Below are positions 43,964 to 57,737 of a stretch of DNA of 64,000 nt, one piece after another. This DNA is from the human T2T-CHM13v2.0 reference genome, Homo sapiens: NCBI RefSeq assembly GCF_009914755.1, contig NC_060932.1; one strand, given 5' to 3'. Within the stretch, counting starts at the first letter, position 1. The number at the start of each line of letters is the position of its first letter. The translations under genes were made by a program, and so were the position numbers. The notes beneath the pieces were generated by a model, which worked only from the letters and a program-made list of their open reading frames with translations, ran no database searches and was not told the DNA's origin.

Positions 43964-44983
43964 TGTTGTAGAAAAAAACGAGTTCTTGTCACACGACCAG
44001 GAAAGATTGGGCTCATAGAGACATCTAAGTGTTAACGCCTAAGGTTCTTGCCTAGCCACGCCAAAGAATTGGTGTGGCGGCTGACCACAGTGAGTGATAG
44101 AGACATGGACCAAGAGAGAGAAAAAGCTGTAGGCTTTATTGAGCAGAGTGAAAGTACAAAGCTCCCACAGCATGGAAGGGGTCCCAAACGAATGGGTAGC
44201 CAGAGTTAGATTATGTGATTGCCTTTTAAACTCTTTAAGGCAGGAAATACGTGGGGCAATATGTTACCAGAGTGAAAAACAAAGGCAATTAACCATTTGT
44301 GATATGTCTTAGATCTTGAGGAAAACCGGAATTGCAACTTAGGTTTTATCTACTTTATGGCAACAGCATGGCAAAAGAGATAGGATTGTACAGGACTTTA
44401 CAAAGTATGTTCACAAGGAATTCAAATTGGGAGGATAGATAAGGCCCACTGGTCACAGGAAAACGGGCAGTTAACATTACTTTTAACTTTAGTTTTGCGG
44501 GAGGGGGAAGGGAGAGAGGGAGAGAAGGATACAGGGAAACTTACAGCAAAATTTTCGCTGTTTATAGCTTTCTTGGGGAAGAAAATACATGCACAAATCC
44601 TGGTGTTAGGAATATTTTAAGCATTTATCTTCAATAGTGTTCATTCAGGACCAAAGTAAGTCCTGATGCAGGAAATGAGTGAGTTTCACAGTTTCTGAGC
44701 CCCTACTCGACCCAGAAAGCCCAGCTGGCACCTCCTCTTATAAGGGTGAGTAGAGGAATTTATTGGGCAAAAAGGAAAAACAAGTCAGCAAAATGATATG
44801 GAGTCCTGTGGTTCTTCACCTGACCAACTGAATCCCACGTTGCCATCCTGGGACAGGAAAGGCCAGGCTCCACCCCCTGCAAATGGTGCAAATGTCCCAA
44901 GGCTTCGCCCCGTCCTCCCAGTGCACAAGCCAGTTGGAAATGCTTTGGGGAACTTCCCCCTTATCTGCCTCTTGCACTTATCA
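43964..44983 (-). mobile_element. MER61-like LTR (split: 43964-44029 and 44741-44983)
   Basis: tgttgtagaaaaaacgagttcttgtcacacgaccagg...taag|ggtgag...tttattgggc...cttatca. TSD aaaa/aata. Confidence 0.7.
44030..44740 (-). mobile_element. LTR30-like (HERV30/W-related) solo LTR, 711 bp
   Basis: The reverse strand begins t(a)agaggaggtgccagctgggctttctgggtcgagtaggggctcag. Perfect 4-bp TSD TAAG. Confidence 0.75.
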
Positions 44984-45455
44984 AATAGGCATACACATTT
45001 ATTTAACTGTGAGCACAAGGAGAATCACAGAGTGATTGCCTGATGTCGAAGTGAGTTCCAGAAGTTTATATATCATCTTGAGGTTACAGAAAGAATGGGG
45101 ACTTGGATCCTGGCAAAACAGGTTAGGGGACAGAGAGAAGAGGAAATTGATTCAGGGGCAATAAGTAATCACTAGGGAGAATGATTGAATAGAGGAACAG
45201 AAGTTAAAATAACTTGTAAATAGTTCTTTTTGGAATTTAAATGATCTTTGGAGACAGTCATTGTATTGAAAAAGGGTGTGTTCAGGTGTGCTTACATTCC
45301 TGGTCTTCTCTCTTATAATGTTTAATAAAATAACAGGGAGGGAAACAAGAACAATTGTTCTCCTTAGTGGGTCAGTCTTATCTTTATGTAGATATAGGGA
45401 AAAGTCTCTTCCAGCACTTGATCTCTAAGGCCATTTAATTCAAAATGCTCATTAT

Positions 45456-45759
<304 letters not shown>

Positions 45760-48700
45760 TCATTATACCAAGGGAGCCCTATTTTGGGGTGAAATTTCCT
45801 GCATTCCTTAAGACCTATTGCCTGACTTTCTATAATCACTCAAGGCCTTTGGATGCATCCATTAGACATGAGAATTGTAGTCCTATGTTCTAACATATTT
45901 TTTGTATTATACAAATATGCAACTTTCGCTTTTTATGAAAATGCATTTAATATTTTTCCTTCTAGTACAATGTTATAAAAAGTAATGTATATGTTTATTT
46001 GAAGTACACGAAATTCACTAAAATGACGATGATTAGAAAAGTTAAGTTAAAAAAAAAAAGAAAAAACCCTAACACATCACAGTAGAGTGACAGTTCAGAA
46101 TGTGGGCCAATGCAGTGGAAGAATAATGTATGGTTTTTAAAATCAAAATGTATAAAGCATTATGGAATAATGGGACAATATAAATGTTAGTTCACTTAGC
46201 TGAGTTGTCAATAATTGTTGTTTTAACTTTATTTAGGGACATAGGATTCAGAAGTTTTAATTTATTGGCTAATTCAAAAGCATAATAAGGTAGGATAATG
46301 TTTGTCATGGGTCTTATTACTTTTACAAATAGATTTCTATATTGAGTTTTATTTTTAGAAAACTGAATTTGAAGGCCAAATCTTTAGCATACACATCTTT
46401 GTATTCAAAGTTGGAATATGGATACTTCATTGTATATATTTAAGACTCCAATCAGGTCTTGCTTATAACACTCATTATTTGTGGGAAGAAATCCAGCTTG
46501 TTTATATATTCTTTCTATATTTTCCCCTAATTTCTTCTTCTACAGCCACCTTTGAAATGCCTGCTACAGTGCAAATATTCCTGAGAACAAAAGGAAAAAC
46601 AACTAAAAATTACTTTAGTTCATTTTAAACAATTCAATGTATTCAAAAACAAATACATATATAAAACAAATGCAAGCAAAACAGAAGTAAACCCTTTTAT
46701 CAGGGAAATCATCAGTTTTTTAACATTAGACATATGTAGCAAAAATCACAATGAAAAAATAATGATGAACCACACAGAATAAATTATTCCATATATTTAG
46801 TCATTTGTTGCCAATAAACAAAATGACAAAGATTATTTTTGTATTGTGGTCTAAAGTAATTCTGCGTTCCAAGAGCATATATTTATTATTGCCCTATAGC
46901 AGATCATATGGATAACTACATGTGAAATCTCATCCACATGATGAGAAAACTGCTCCCATCAGTTTGGTTGATTTTCCTGGAAGTGGTATCAATGAGTGCT
47001 AAAATCCCTAGGTGGGACTACAGAGCTCTACAGCTCATGGCATATCTACAGCTCATGACTAATATTTACAAAGATACCCTTTCTGTTGACATGTCTCAGC
47101 AGATGTGTCTTGGAGTAGAATATTTTTCCCTCTTCCTTTATAATTGCTGTTAACACCTAACAATAGTAACACAAGGCTTTCTGTAAGGAATTCAGGAAAA
47201 TCTGAGATGAATAGAAGATGATTGCTGCCCTCAAGGGATGAGTGTGTATGTTTGTAAGTATGCATAGTGAAAGAGGAAAGCGAGGGTGCAAGATAGAGAA
47301 AAAGGCAGTAAGAAAACATTTATTTTTCTTGTCTTAATAATTATAACACAAGGGGCTAAGAATTTGTCTGACTGGTCAATTCTCCAAGCCCTTTTCATAC
47401 CGTGGCAATTAATCTCTAAAAAATATCACCTTTCGCCATATTTAGTATATGCTCTTCTTTCATTAGCCCATGGTCTTTGTCGGTATTTGTTGAAGTCAAA
47501 AGCAAAGTTAGGAAAGTATAACTCCTTGGATGCAGAAGAATTTGTTCAAGGCAAATATCATGTTTACTAGTATGTTGCCAAAAGGAGTAGGGCCTAGATT
47601 TTAAAAAAGAATGTTGCTGAATAGTAAAAACAATAGTATATATCTGACAAAATATAGGGCTCAACAAACTAAGAGCAATGATAGTCATCTATTTACAAGC
47701 CTAATAGAAAACAGAACTATCTTTTCCATAAAGCTAGTAAGAATATTATTTATTAAAATACTATTAAATTCAATAAATAAAAAATTTATTTATAAATTAT
47801 TATATTAACCCAGAAGTGTGTGTGTGTTTAAAATTAAAAGGAGAATAATCAGGAAAAAGTGTTGTTAGCCTAAACTAACATATTTTTGAGAATGAGATTT
47901 GACATTGTACTAACTTATCCTGGAGAATTCAGAATTCCAAAGTGATAGAATGAAGAAGGTTTAGATATCCATACAAGCATTTTTTACCTTCTTTAAGATG
48001 TTTGCTCAATTCGATGTCATCCAACGTTAGTGCATACTCACAAAATTTTCAGAGGTGTCTTAATAGAAGATATTTTAAACTTTTATGTTGCTTGTTTTCA
48101 TTTAGTTCTTACAGTGTTACCATGAATCTAATGAGTCTAATAGTGACACATGCAAAAGAAAATGCAGAAAAATGAAGGAGTATCACATATCTGGTAGAAT
48201 TAATGTATCACCCTCTTGGTCTGCTGTATGCAGATGAAAAGGGTAGACTAATAATCAACATCTCCTGGAGAGCTGGAAGTAATCTCAAGGCCAGTAATTG
48301 CATTACCATCACTATTAGTTCTCTCCAATAAATTATATACATTTCCACTATCAGATGAATTTATACATAAGTGTAAAAATAGCACATGGGAAAGAATCTG
48401 TGAAACAATTAAAGTTCTTTTGATATCCTTTAAAAGATTAAAATATTATTGTTCAAATCCTTTATCTGAATTATTATCAAATGTCAAGTTCATATTCTGA
48501 TCTCTATTGACTTTTGTCACTAGACGACTCTGAAGTTGCCAGGAATAAATGCTATTTCAAACTTTGGGAAAAAACATCCTCCAAGTAACTCTAATGGTGT
48601 GAAAATGAACACAGAGATACAGAAAGAGATAATAGAGATAGAGAGAGAGAGAGAAAAGATAAAATGGGCCATAGATATGGCACAACAAATGACAGATGCA

Positions 48701-50101
48701 ATAAATCTCTGAATTGTGAGTTTAAATTTGCAGTTTAAATTTTCATCATTTTAGAAATTTTTATCTATATGGCAAATTTAGCATGGTGTATGATGTCCAA
48801 TTACAATGCTTTCTCTATTGCTAAATAATTTTATTGGTCATAACTTTGTAATGAATATTTCCTTGGAGCTAAAGCCTCAAGGTGAAAAGATATGGCACAT
48901 TTCAATTATTTTTAAGTTAGCAAATTACAAAAAAATTTCTTTATACTTCATAAAAAAAGAAATTTTATAATTAATATTTTTTTATGCTTTGTAACTGATT
49001 TTTTTTTTGCAGGAGTATTTTAGCTACTGAATATGTTATGACTTTATGAACTATTTTTTTATGGAATAGAATAAGTAATTGATTTTACCTTTTAGAACCT
49101 AAATACTGAAACAAAATGAAACACAAAAAGCCTTATATTTACAATACTTAATTCAATACTTTGACGGAATTAGAAAATGTTAGAATGTTCCATAACATGT
49201 TAAATATGTATCAAAGTGATATATTATGTGTTTATTAAAATAATTAGAACATAAAAATTGAATATAGGCTGAAGTCATCTTCTAATAAAAGACTTAAATA
49301 TTTTGATATGAGATGGCTTCTTCTTTTGGCTATGTGTTCTTACCTTCAGCTATTCAATCTTTTTAAATCAATTTACTTGTAAAATAATTTTGGTGCCAAA
49401 ATTAACTCTCTAGCACATGAATTAAACTTAAAAAGCAAAAAGGAATTCACAGACAAGTAAAGAGATTGCTGAATAAAATGTCTAAATGAAAACTAGTTTT
49501 AACTGTTAGAAAAGCATTATTTAAAATACATTTCCTTCAGCTTAGGTTTTAAAATACATTTTTGAAAATTTACCATGCCCTGTGTTTAGTACTGTTTTGA
49601 AATGTGGGCAAGATGGGCCCCTTCTCTGATTCTTCCCCTGTAGAAGGCCCTCCTCTGACCTTTCTCTAGTTTAACTCTTGCTCAGGAATGTGCCTGCCTG
49701 GCTGAAATCTGTGTCCCTTCTCCACCTCCCCTTTGAGACCCTGCAGTAGTTTCCAGACAACAACATGATAAATACAGAAACTGTGTGTTACCTTTCAACA
49801 TTTCTAGAGCCATTTGAAAAAGTAATTTTATGTCTGGTGAATTTCATAATGAAAATTAATGAGCTTGTATTTATTGTGTTTTATTTCTTTTTTTTCTAGA
49901 AACTTGTTATAAAATTATCAGTTCAAGAGGGATCAGAAATCAAAATCAAATCTATTTTACTGTTTGTTTGCAAAGCACTGTTCTAGAACACACAGGTATG
50001 TGGTACCCGGAATTCCCTGTTACCAGGACCAGCATAGGCCTTTTTTCCAGGTCCATATCCCACAAGTAGAACACACACCTCACCTGTGCATCCCTAGGTG
50101 C

Positions 50102-50283
50102 AATGAAAGGCTGTTTGCAGGGCGGGTGGACCGTTTGAACATGCAGGCTGGGCTGACATGGGTTATGATGAATGCAGCTGAAGTTGAGAGGAAATGAAAG
50201 GCTGTTTGCAGGGTGAGTGGACACTTTGAACATGCAGGCTGGGTTGACATGGGTTATGATGAATGGAGTTGAAGTTGAGAGGA
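50102..50283. repeat. 2x91-bp imperfect tandem duplication
   Basis: aatgaaaggctgtttgcaggg...gaagttgagagga occurs at 50102-50192 and 50193-50283, with about 7 substitutions by eye. Confidence 0.93.
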
Positions 50284-51599
50284 GAGGGTGGCCAATTGGT
50301 CTCTGGGTCTGGCAGAGGGACTTTCCAATGCCTCCACATTCCAGCAGAGAAATCATATAAGTCTTAAAATTCAGGTTCACTCAAATTTATGTCAGCTTCT
50401 TTGGTGATTATAAATCCAGGTAATTCTGCTATCACAGAGTCCTAGAGTTCGAAGGAACTTTTGATTCAACTCTAAGTCTGTAAAATCTTTTAGCCAGTCA
50501 GCCAGTCCTATTAAAACACCTCTAGGAGGTGGGCCCAAGCCAAGTTCTGTCATATTTATTCCTACTTGAGGAAAAGAGAGTTACATTTTCAGAGAAGTAT
50601 AATTTTGTTTCTGAGGGAGAACAGAAAGTTTTAGAAACACATTCTCTGATTTTGAATGGAAGAATACAGAACAAAACTAGAAATCACAGATTTTTCAAAA
50701 TTAATATAACTTCTCAGAGTGACGACATTGTACATGATGAAGTATTTATACTTTGATAGACTACACAAACTAATGACAACATGACAACAGTCATGTGGAA
50801 ATATAAAAAAAAGTAACACTATTTTCTTTCATTTTCCTAAGAGTAGCAGAAGAAAACTCAGCTATTTCCACTTGACTATTCACTTGGGATGTAAGGGAAT
50901 GTCCCATCAACATATTTGTTCTTTTTCTGGTTTTATGCTGTCTAGCTAATTTTGGCATCACCTTCTTCAAAAAATTAGTTGCGGTCTTATTTCATTTACT
51001 TAATTATCCAATCCCCCTAGCCTCATCTGCTACTTGATCTCAATTATTTATTACATAATTAAATTCATTTTAAAACATTTCCATTCCTGCCCTCCAATAT
51101 AGAAGGAAAGAAGGGTATCATATGTACTTAATAATGAGAACATTTAGAAGTCTGACAAAACCAATAATAAAAAATATAGTAGATTATTTGAGGCACTTGA
51201 CATCAAATGAGAATGGATTAAACCCTATGAGAAGTAGGTATGAACAAAGTGAAAGGCTTGGTATGCTTACCCAGAAGTGTCATTTGATTAAGAAAGAGGT
51301 CAATTGTTAATCAATTGCTATATTTAAAATACATAGAGGTTTTCCTTTCACTACCTAAAAATTGTATAGTAAGGACCAGTGCCCTCTTTTTGAGTTTCAC
51401 AAAAACATAATATACATAATTACAAAAACGGCTAAATCTGAATTTCTCTGTGTGCCTGATAGTCTCATAGTTTTATGATTGTTTAAATAGAACTGATTAA
51501 AAAAAAACTTCCTAGATTGCTCACACTCTCACTAAAGGGCAAATTTACATCCATTGAATGAACAGCCTAAAAGGTATTGGTTGTGGAATGAGGCCTTAA

Positions 51600-54500
51600 T
51601 TTTTTTTTTTTTTTTTAACTTGAAGTTCGGGATACAAGTGCAGAACTTGTAGGTTTGCTACGTAGGTATACACGTGCCATGGTGGTTTGATGCACCTATC
51701 AAGCCGTCATCTAGGTTTTAAGTCCCATATGCATTTAGCTATTTGTCCTAATGCTCTTCTCTCTTCCTCCACTCACCACCACCCCCAACCAGTTCTGGTG
51801 TGTGTTGTTCTCCTGCCTGTGTACATGTTCAACTCCCACTTATGAGTGAGAACATGCAGTGTTTGGTTTTCTGTTTCTTTCTTAGTTTGTTGAAGATGAT
51901 GGCTTCCAGCTTCATCCATGTACCCACAAAGGATATGATCTCATTCCTTTTTATGGCTGCATAGTATTCCATGATGTATATGTACCATATTTTCTTTATC
52001 CAGTCTATCGTTGATGGGCATTTGGGTTGGTTCTGTGTCTTTGCTATTGCAAATAGTGCTTCAATAAACATATGTGTGCATGTACCTTTATATAGAATGA
52101 TTTATATTCCTTTGGGCATATACCCAGTAATGAGATTGCTGGGTCAAATGGTATTTCTGGTTCTAGACCCTTAAGAAATCACCACACTGTCTTCCACAAT
52201 AGTTGAACTAATTTACATTCTTACCAGCAATGTAAAATCATTCCTATTTCTCCAAGCTTCCCAGTATCTATTGTTTCTTGACTTTTTAATAATCACCTTT
52301 CTGACTGGTGTGAGATAATATCTCACTGTGGTTTTGATTTGTATCTCTATAATGATCAATGATGTTGATTTTTTTTTTCATGTTTGTTGGCTGCATAAAT
52401 GTCTTCTTTTGAGAAGTATCTGTTCATGTCCTTGACCCACTTTTTGATGGGGTTGTTTGTTGTTTTCTTGTAAACTTTTTTAAGTTCCTTGTAGATTCTG
52501 AATATTAGATCTTTGTCGGATTGAAAGATTGTAAACTTTTTTCCCATTCTTTAGGTTGCCTGTTCACTCTGATGATAGTTTACTTTGCTGTGCAGAAGCT
52601 CTTTAGTTAATTTAGATCCCATTTGTCAATTTTGGCTTTTGTTGCAATTGCTTTTGGTGTTTTTGTCATGAAGTCTTTGCCCACGCCTGTGTCCTGAATG
52701 GCATTGTCCTGGCTTTCTTCTAGAGATTTTATGGTTTTGGGTTTTACATTTAAGTCTTTAATCCATCTTGAGTTAATTTTTGTATAGGGAGTAAGGAAAG
52801 GGTCCAGTTTCAGTTTTCTGCATATGGCTAGCCAGTTTTCCCAGCACCATTCATTGAATAAGAAACCCTTTCTCCATTGCTTGTTTTTGTTAGGTTTGTT
52901 GAAGATCAGATGGCTGTAGATGTGTGATGTTATTTCTGAGCTCTCTGTTATGTTCCACTGATCTATATGACTGTTTTCGTACCAGTACCATGCTGTTTTA
53001 TTTACTGTAGCCTTGTAGTATAGTTTGAGGTCAGGTACCATGATGCCTCCAGTTTTGTTCTTTTTGCTTAGGATTGTCTTGGCTATACAGGCTCTTCTTT
53101 GGTTCCATATGACATTTAAAGTAGTTTTCCATAATTCCGTGAATAATGTCAATGGTAGTTTGATGGAGATAGCATTGAATCTATAAATTACTTTGGGTAG
53201 TATGGCCATTTTCACGATATTGATTCTTCCTATCCATGAGCATGGAATCTTTTTTTTCACTTGTTTATTTCCTTTCTTATTTCCTTGTGCAGTGGTTTGT
53301 AGTTCTCCTTGAAGAGGTCCTTCACATCCCTTGTAAGTTGTATTCCTAAGTATTTTATTCTCTTTGTAGCAATTGTAAACTGGAGTTCACTCATCATTTG
53401 GCTGTCTGCTTGTCTATTGTTGGCGTATAGGATTTTTTGTGACTTTTGCACATTGCTTCTGTATCCTGAGAGCTTGCTGAAGTTGCTTACCAGCTTGAGG
53501 AGTTTTGGGGCTGAGACAATGGGGTTTTCTAAATATAGAATCATGTCATCTGCAGAGACAATTTGACTTACTCTCTTTATTTATTTCTCTTTATTTCCTC
53601 TCTTTATTTCTTTCTCTTCAACCATCCTATGTTGAATAGGAGCGGTGAGAGAGGGCATCCTTGTCTTGTGTCGGTTTTCACAGGGAATGATTCCAGCTTT
53701 TGCCCATTCAGTGTGATATAGGCTGTTGGTTTGTCATAAATAGCTCTTATTATTTTGAGATATGTTCCATTAATACCTAGTTTATTGAGTTTTTAACATG
53801 AAGAGGTGTCAAATTGTATTGAAGGCCTTTTCTGCATCTATTAAGATAATCATGTGGTTTTTGTCATTGGTTCTCTTTTGTGATGGATTACACTTATTAA
53901 TTTGCATATGATTGACCAGCCTTGTATCCCGGGGATGAAGCTGACTCGATTGTGGGGGATAAGCTTTTTGATGAGCTGCTGGATTCAGTTTGTCACTATT
54001 TTATTGAGGATTTTTGCATTGATGTTCATCAGGGATATTGGCTTGAAGTTTTCTTTTTTTGTTGTGTCTTTGCCAGGTTTTGGTATCAGGATGATGCTGG
54101 CTTTATAAAATGAGTTAGGGAGGAGTCCCTCCATTTCAACTCCCTGGAATAGTTTCAGAAGGAATGGTACCAGCTCCTCTTTGTACCTGTGGAAGAATTT
54201 GGCTGTGAATCCATCTGGTCCTGGGCTTTTTCTGGTTGGTACTCTAATAATTATTGCCTTAATTTCAGAACTTGTTATTGGTCTATTCAGGGATTTGATT
54301 TCTTACTGGTTTAGTCTTGGGAGGGTGTTATGTGTCCAGGAATTTTTCCATTTCTTTTAATTGTGATGTCAGGGTGTCAATTTGAGATCTTTGTAGCTTT
54401 CTTATGTGGGCATTTAGTGCTATAAATTTCCCTCTTAACACTACTTTAGCTGTGTCCCAGAGATTCTGGTATGCTGTTTCGTTATTCTCATTGGTTTTAC

Positions 54501-57500
54501 AGAACTTCTTCATTTCTTCCTTAATTTCATTATTTACCCAGGAGTCATTCAGGAGCAGGTTGTTCAGTTTCCATGTAGTTGTGTGATTATGAGTGAATTT
54601 CTCAATCCCAACTTCTAATTTGATTGCACTTTGGTCTGAGAGACTGTTTGTTATGATTTCAGTTCTTTTGCATTTGCTGAGGAGTGTTTTACTTCTAATT
54701 ATGTGGTCAATTTTAGAATAAAGGCCATGTAGCACTGAGAAGAACATATATTCTGTTGATTTGGGGTGGAGCGTTCTGTAGATGTCTATTAGGTCCACTT
54801 GATCCATAGATCAATTCAAGTTTTGAATATCCTTGTTAATTTTCTCTCTCACTGATATATCTAATATTGACAGTGGGGTGTTAAAGTCTTCTGCTACTAT
54901 TGTGTGGGAGACTAAGTCTCTTTGTAGGTCTCTAAGAATTTGTTGTATGAATCTGGGTGCTCCTGTATCAGGTGCATATATATTTAGGACAGTTAGCTCC
55001 TCATGTTGAATTGATCCCTTTACTATTATGTAATACCCTTCTTTGTCTTTTTTTATCTTTGTTGGTTTAAAGTCTGTTTTGTCAGAAACTAGGATTTCAA
55101 CCCCTGCTTTTTTTTTGCTTTCCATTTGCTTGGTATTTTGAGCCTATTTGTGTCTTTGCACATAAGATGGGTCTCCTGAATACAGCACCCTGATGAGTCT
55201 TGACTCTTTATCCAATTTGTCAGTCTTTGTCTTTTAACTGGGGCATTTAGTCCATTTACATTTAAGGATAGTATTGTTACATGTGAATTTGATCCTGTCA
55301 TCATGACGCTATCTGGTTATTTTGGACATTAACTGTTGCAGTTTCTTCATAGTGTCATTTGGTCTTCATATTTTGCTGTGTTTTTGCAGTGGCTGGTACT
55401 TGTCTTTCCTTTCCATATTGAGTGCTTCCTTCAGGAGCTCTTGTAAGGCAGGTATGATGGTGACAAAATCCCTCAGCATTTTCTTCTTTTGAAAGGGTTT
55501 TATTTCTCCTTTGCTTATGAAGCTTAGTTTGGCTGGAAATAAAATTCTGGATTGAAAATTCTTTTCTTTAAGAATGTTGAATATTGGCCCCCATTCTCTT
55601 CTGGCTTGTAGGGTTTCTGCTGAGAGATCCACTGTTAGTCTGATGGGCTTCCCTTTGTAGGTGACCTGATTTTTCTCCCTGGCTGCCCTTAACATTTTTT
55701 ATTTTATTTCAGCCTTGGGGAATCTGACGATTTTGTGTCTTGGAGTTGATCTTCTTATGGAGTATCTTAGTGGTGTTCTCTGTATTTCCTGAATCTGAAT
55801 GTTGGGCTGCCTTGCTAGGTTGGGGAAGTTTACCTGGATAATATCCTGAAGGGTGTTTTCCAACTTGGTTCCATTCTAACCATCTCTTTCCCATACTCCA
55901 ATCAATCATAGGTTCAGTCTTTTGACATAGTTCCATATTTCTCAGAGGTTTTGTTCATTCCTTTTCATTGTTTTTTATTTAATCTAGTCTGCATGCCTTA
56001 TTTCAGCAAGACAGTCTTCAAAATCTGATATCCTGTCTTCCACTTGGTCAATTTGGCTATTGATACCTGTGTATGATTCACAAAGTTCTCCTGCTGTGTT
56101 TTTCACCTCCATCAGGTCATTTATATTTCTCTCTATACTGGTTATTCTAGTTAGCAGCTCCTGTAACCTTTTATCAAGGTTCTTATCTTCTTTGTATTTG
56201 GTTAGAACGTGCTCCTTTAGCTCAGCAGTTTGTTATTACTCAACATCTGAAGCCTACTTCTGTCAATTCCTCCATCTCATCCTCTGTCCAGTTCTGTGCC
56301 CTTGCTGGAGAGGCACTGCAATCATTTGGAAGACCAGGGACACTCTGGCCTTCTGGATTTTCATCTTTTTGTTGTTGTTGTTGTTGTTGTTAATTCTTTC
56401 TCACATTCATGACTTTGTCTAGTTTCTATCGTTGTGGCTGCTGACCCTCAGATGGGGTTTCTATGGGGACTTTTTTGTTGTTGTTGTTGATGCTGCTGTT
56501 GTTCCTTTCTGTTTGTTTGTTTTTCTTTCAATGGTCAGGTCCATCTTCTGTAAGGCTGCTGCAGTTTCCTGGAGGTTCACTTCAGGCCCTATTCATCTGG
56601 TTCACTCCGGCACCTGGAGATGTCACTTGAGGAGGCTGGAGAACAGCAAGGATGGGTGTCTGTTCCTTCCTCTGGGATCTCTGACCTCAAGGGGCACCTA
56701 TCTGATGCCAGTAGGAACACTCCTGTATAGGGTGTCTGAGAACTCCTGTTGGAGGGTCTTACCAAGTTGAGTGGCATAGGGAACAGGTCCTGTTTAATGA
56801 AGCACTTTGACTGTCCCTTGGTGGACAGGGTGTGCTTTGCTGAAAGGAAAATCACTCGTCTGGTCTGCCTGGATTGCCCAGAACTATCAGGAGGAAAAAC
56901 TAATTCGCTGGTCCCTGGAGACTGTGGCCACACCTCCCACTAGGGACTCAAGCCCAGGGAGATCAGAGTTCTGTCCCTGAGCCCCTGGCTGGAGTTCTTG
57001 GAGTTCCTGCAGGGAGGCCCAACCCAGTGGGGAGGGATGGGTCAGGTTCAGGTCTGAAGAGGCACTCTGGCCACAGTCTGCCACAGCCAGTATGTTGGGC
57101 TATGGGGGATACCTCTTGAGACCAAGCCATTCAGCCTCTCTGGCTCCAGCAGAAGAAAAGCGTGGCCTGGAGCTATAGAGATTGCTGCCACCCTTCCCCT
57201 GCCCTGGGAGCTTAGTGTGTTAGGCAGCTATCAGTCCCAGTGTTGGCTACCAACCCTCCCCCAAGAAGCTCAAATGACTTAGACAACAGGCAGCCACAGC
57301 TGAGATGCTGGCCACCCCTTCCCCTGAGAGCTCGGCAGGCTTAAGCAGATTCTAGATGAGTGGCTATTGAGAATCTGTGTGGATCTCTGGTTGGGACCCT
57401 AGGCCCTGGTGGCGTGTGCTTGTGACTGGGATCATCCAATCTGTGGGTTGCACAGTTCCATGTAAAAAACATGGTTTCTCAGGCTGGGTAGCACACTCCC

Positions 57501-57737
57501 TCACCACCTCCCTTGGCTATGGAATGGGGGCTCCCCTGCCCCATGTGGCTCTCAGGTGGGCTGCTGCACCACACTGCTCTTTTTCCTCTCCTTGGATCAT
57601 GCTAGCCACCTAGTCAGTTCTGATGACAGAATCTGGATATCTCGATTGCCAGTGCAGGATTTGCATACTGTTGTGGTTCTTTTCAATGGCAGCCTCCGAT
57701 CTCTGCTGCTTCTAGTTGGCCATACTGGCCCTGCCCC
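51600..57737 (-). mobile_element. Near-full-length L1PA (L1PA8-like) with internal deletions, same orientation as CSMD3
   Basis: Poly-T tail at 51600; ORF2 remnants ([19 protein letters not shown]; [16 protein letters not shown]; MTGSNSHVTILSLNVNGLN); ORF1 (MLRAAREKNQVTYKGKPIRLT); GC-rich 5' UTR to 57737. Degenerate TSD gcc(t)taatttt. Confidence 0.95.

Noticed and set aside
47029-47060. Short repeat tctacagctcatg x2
   Set aside because: A 13-bp local duplication with no further structure.
52607-55695. ORFs of 95-217 aa with RT/endonuclease/ORF1-like peptides
   Set aside because: These are broken fragments of L1PA ORF1/ORF2, not a host gene or an active element.
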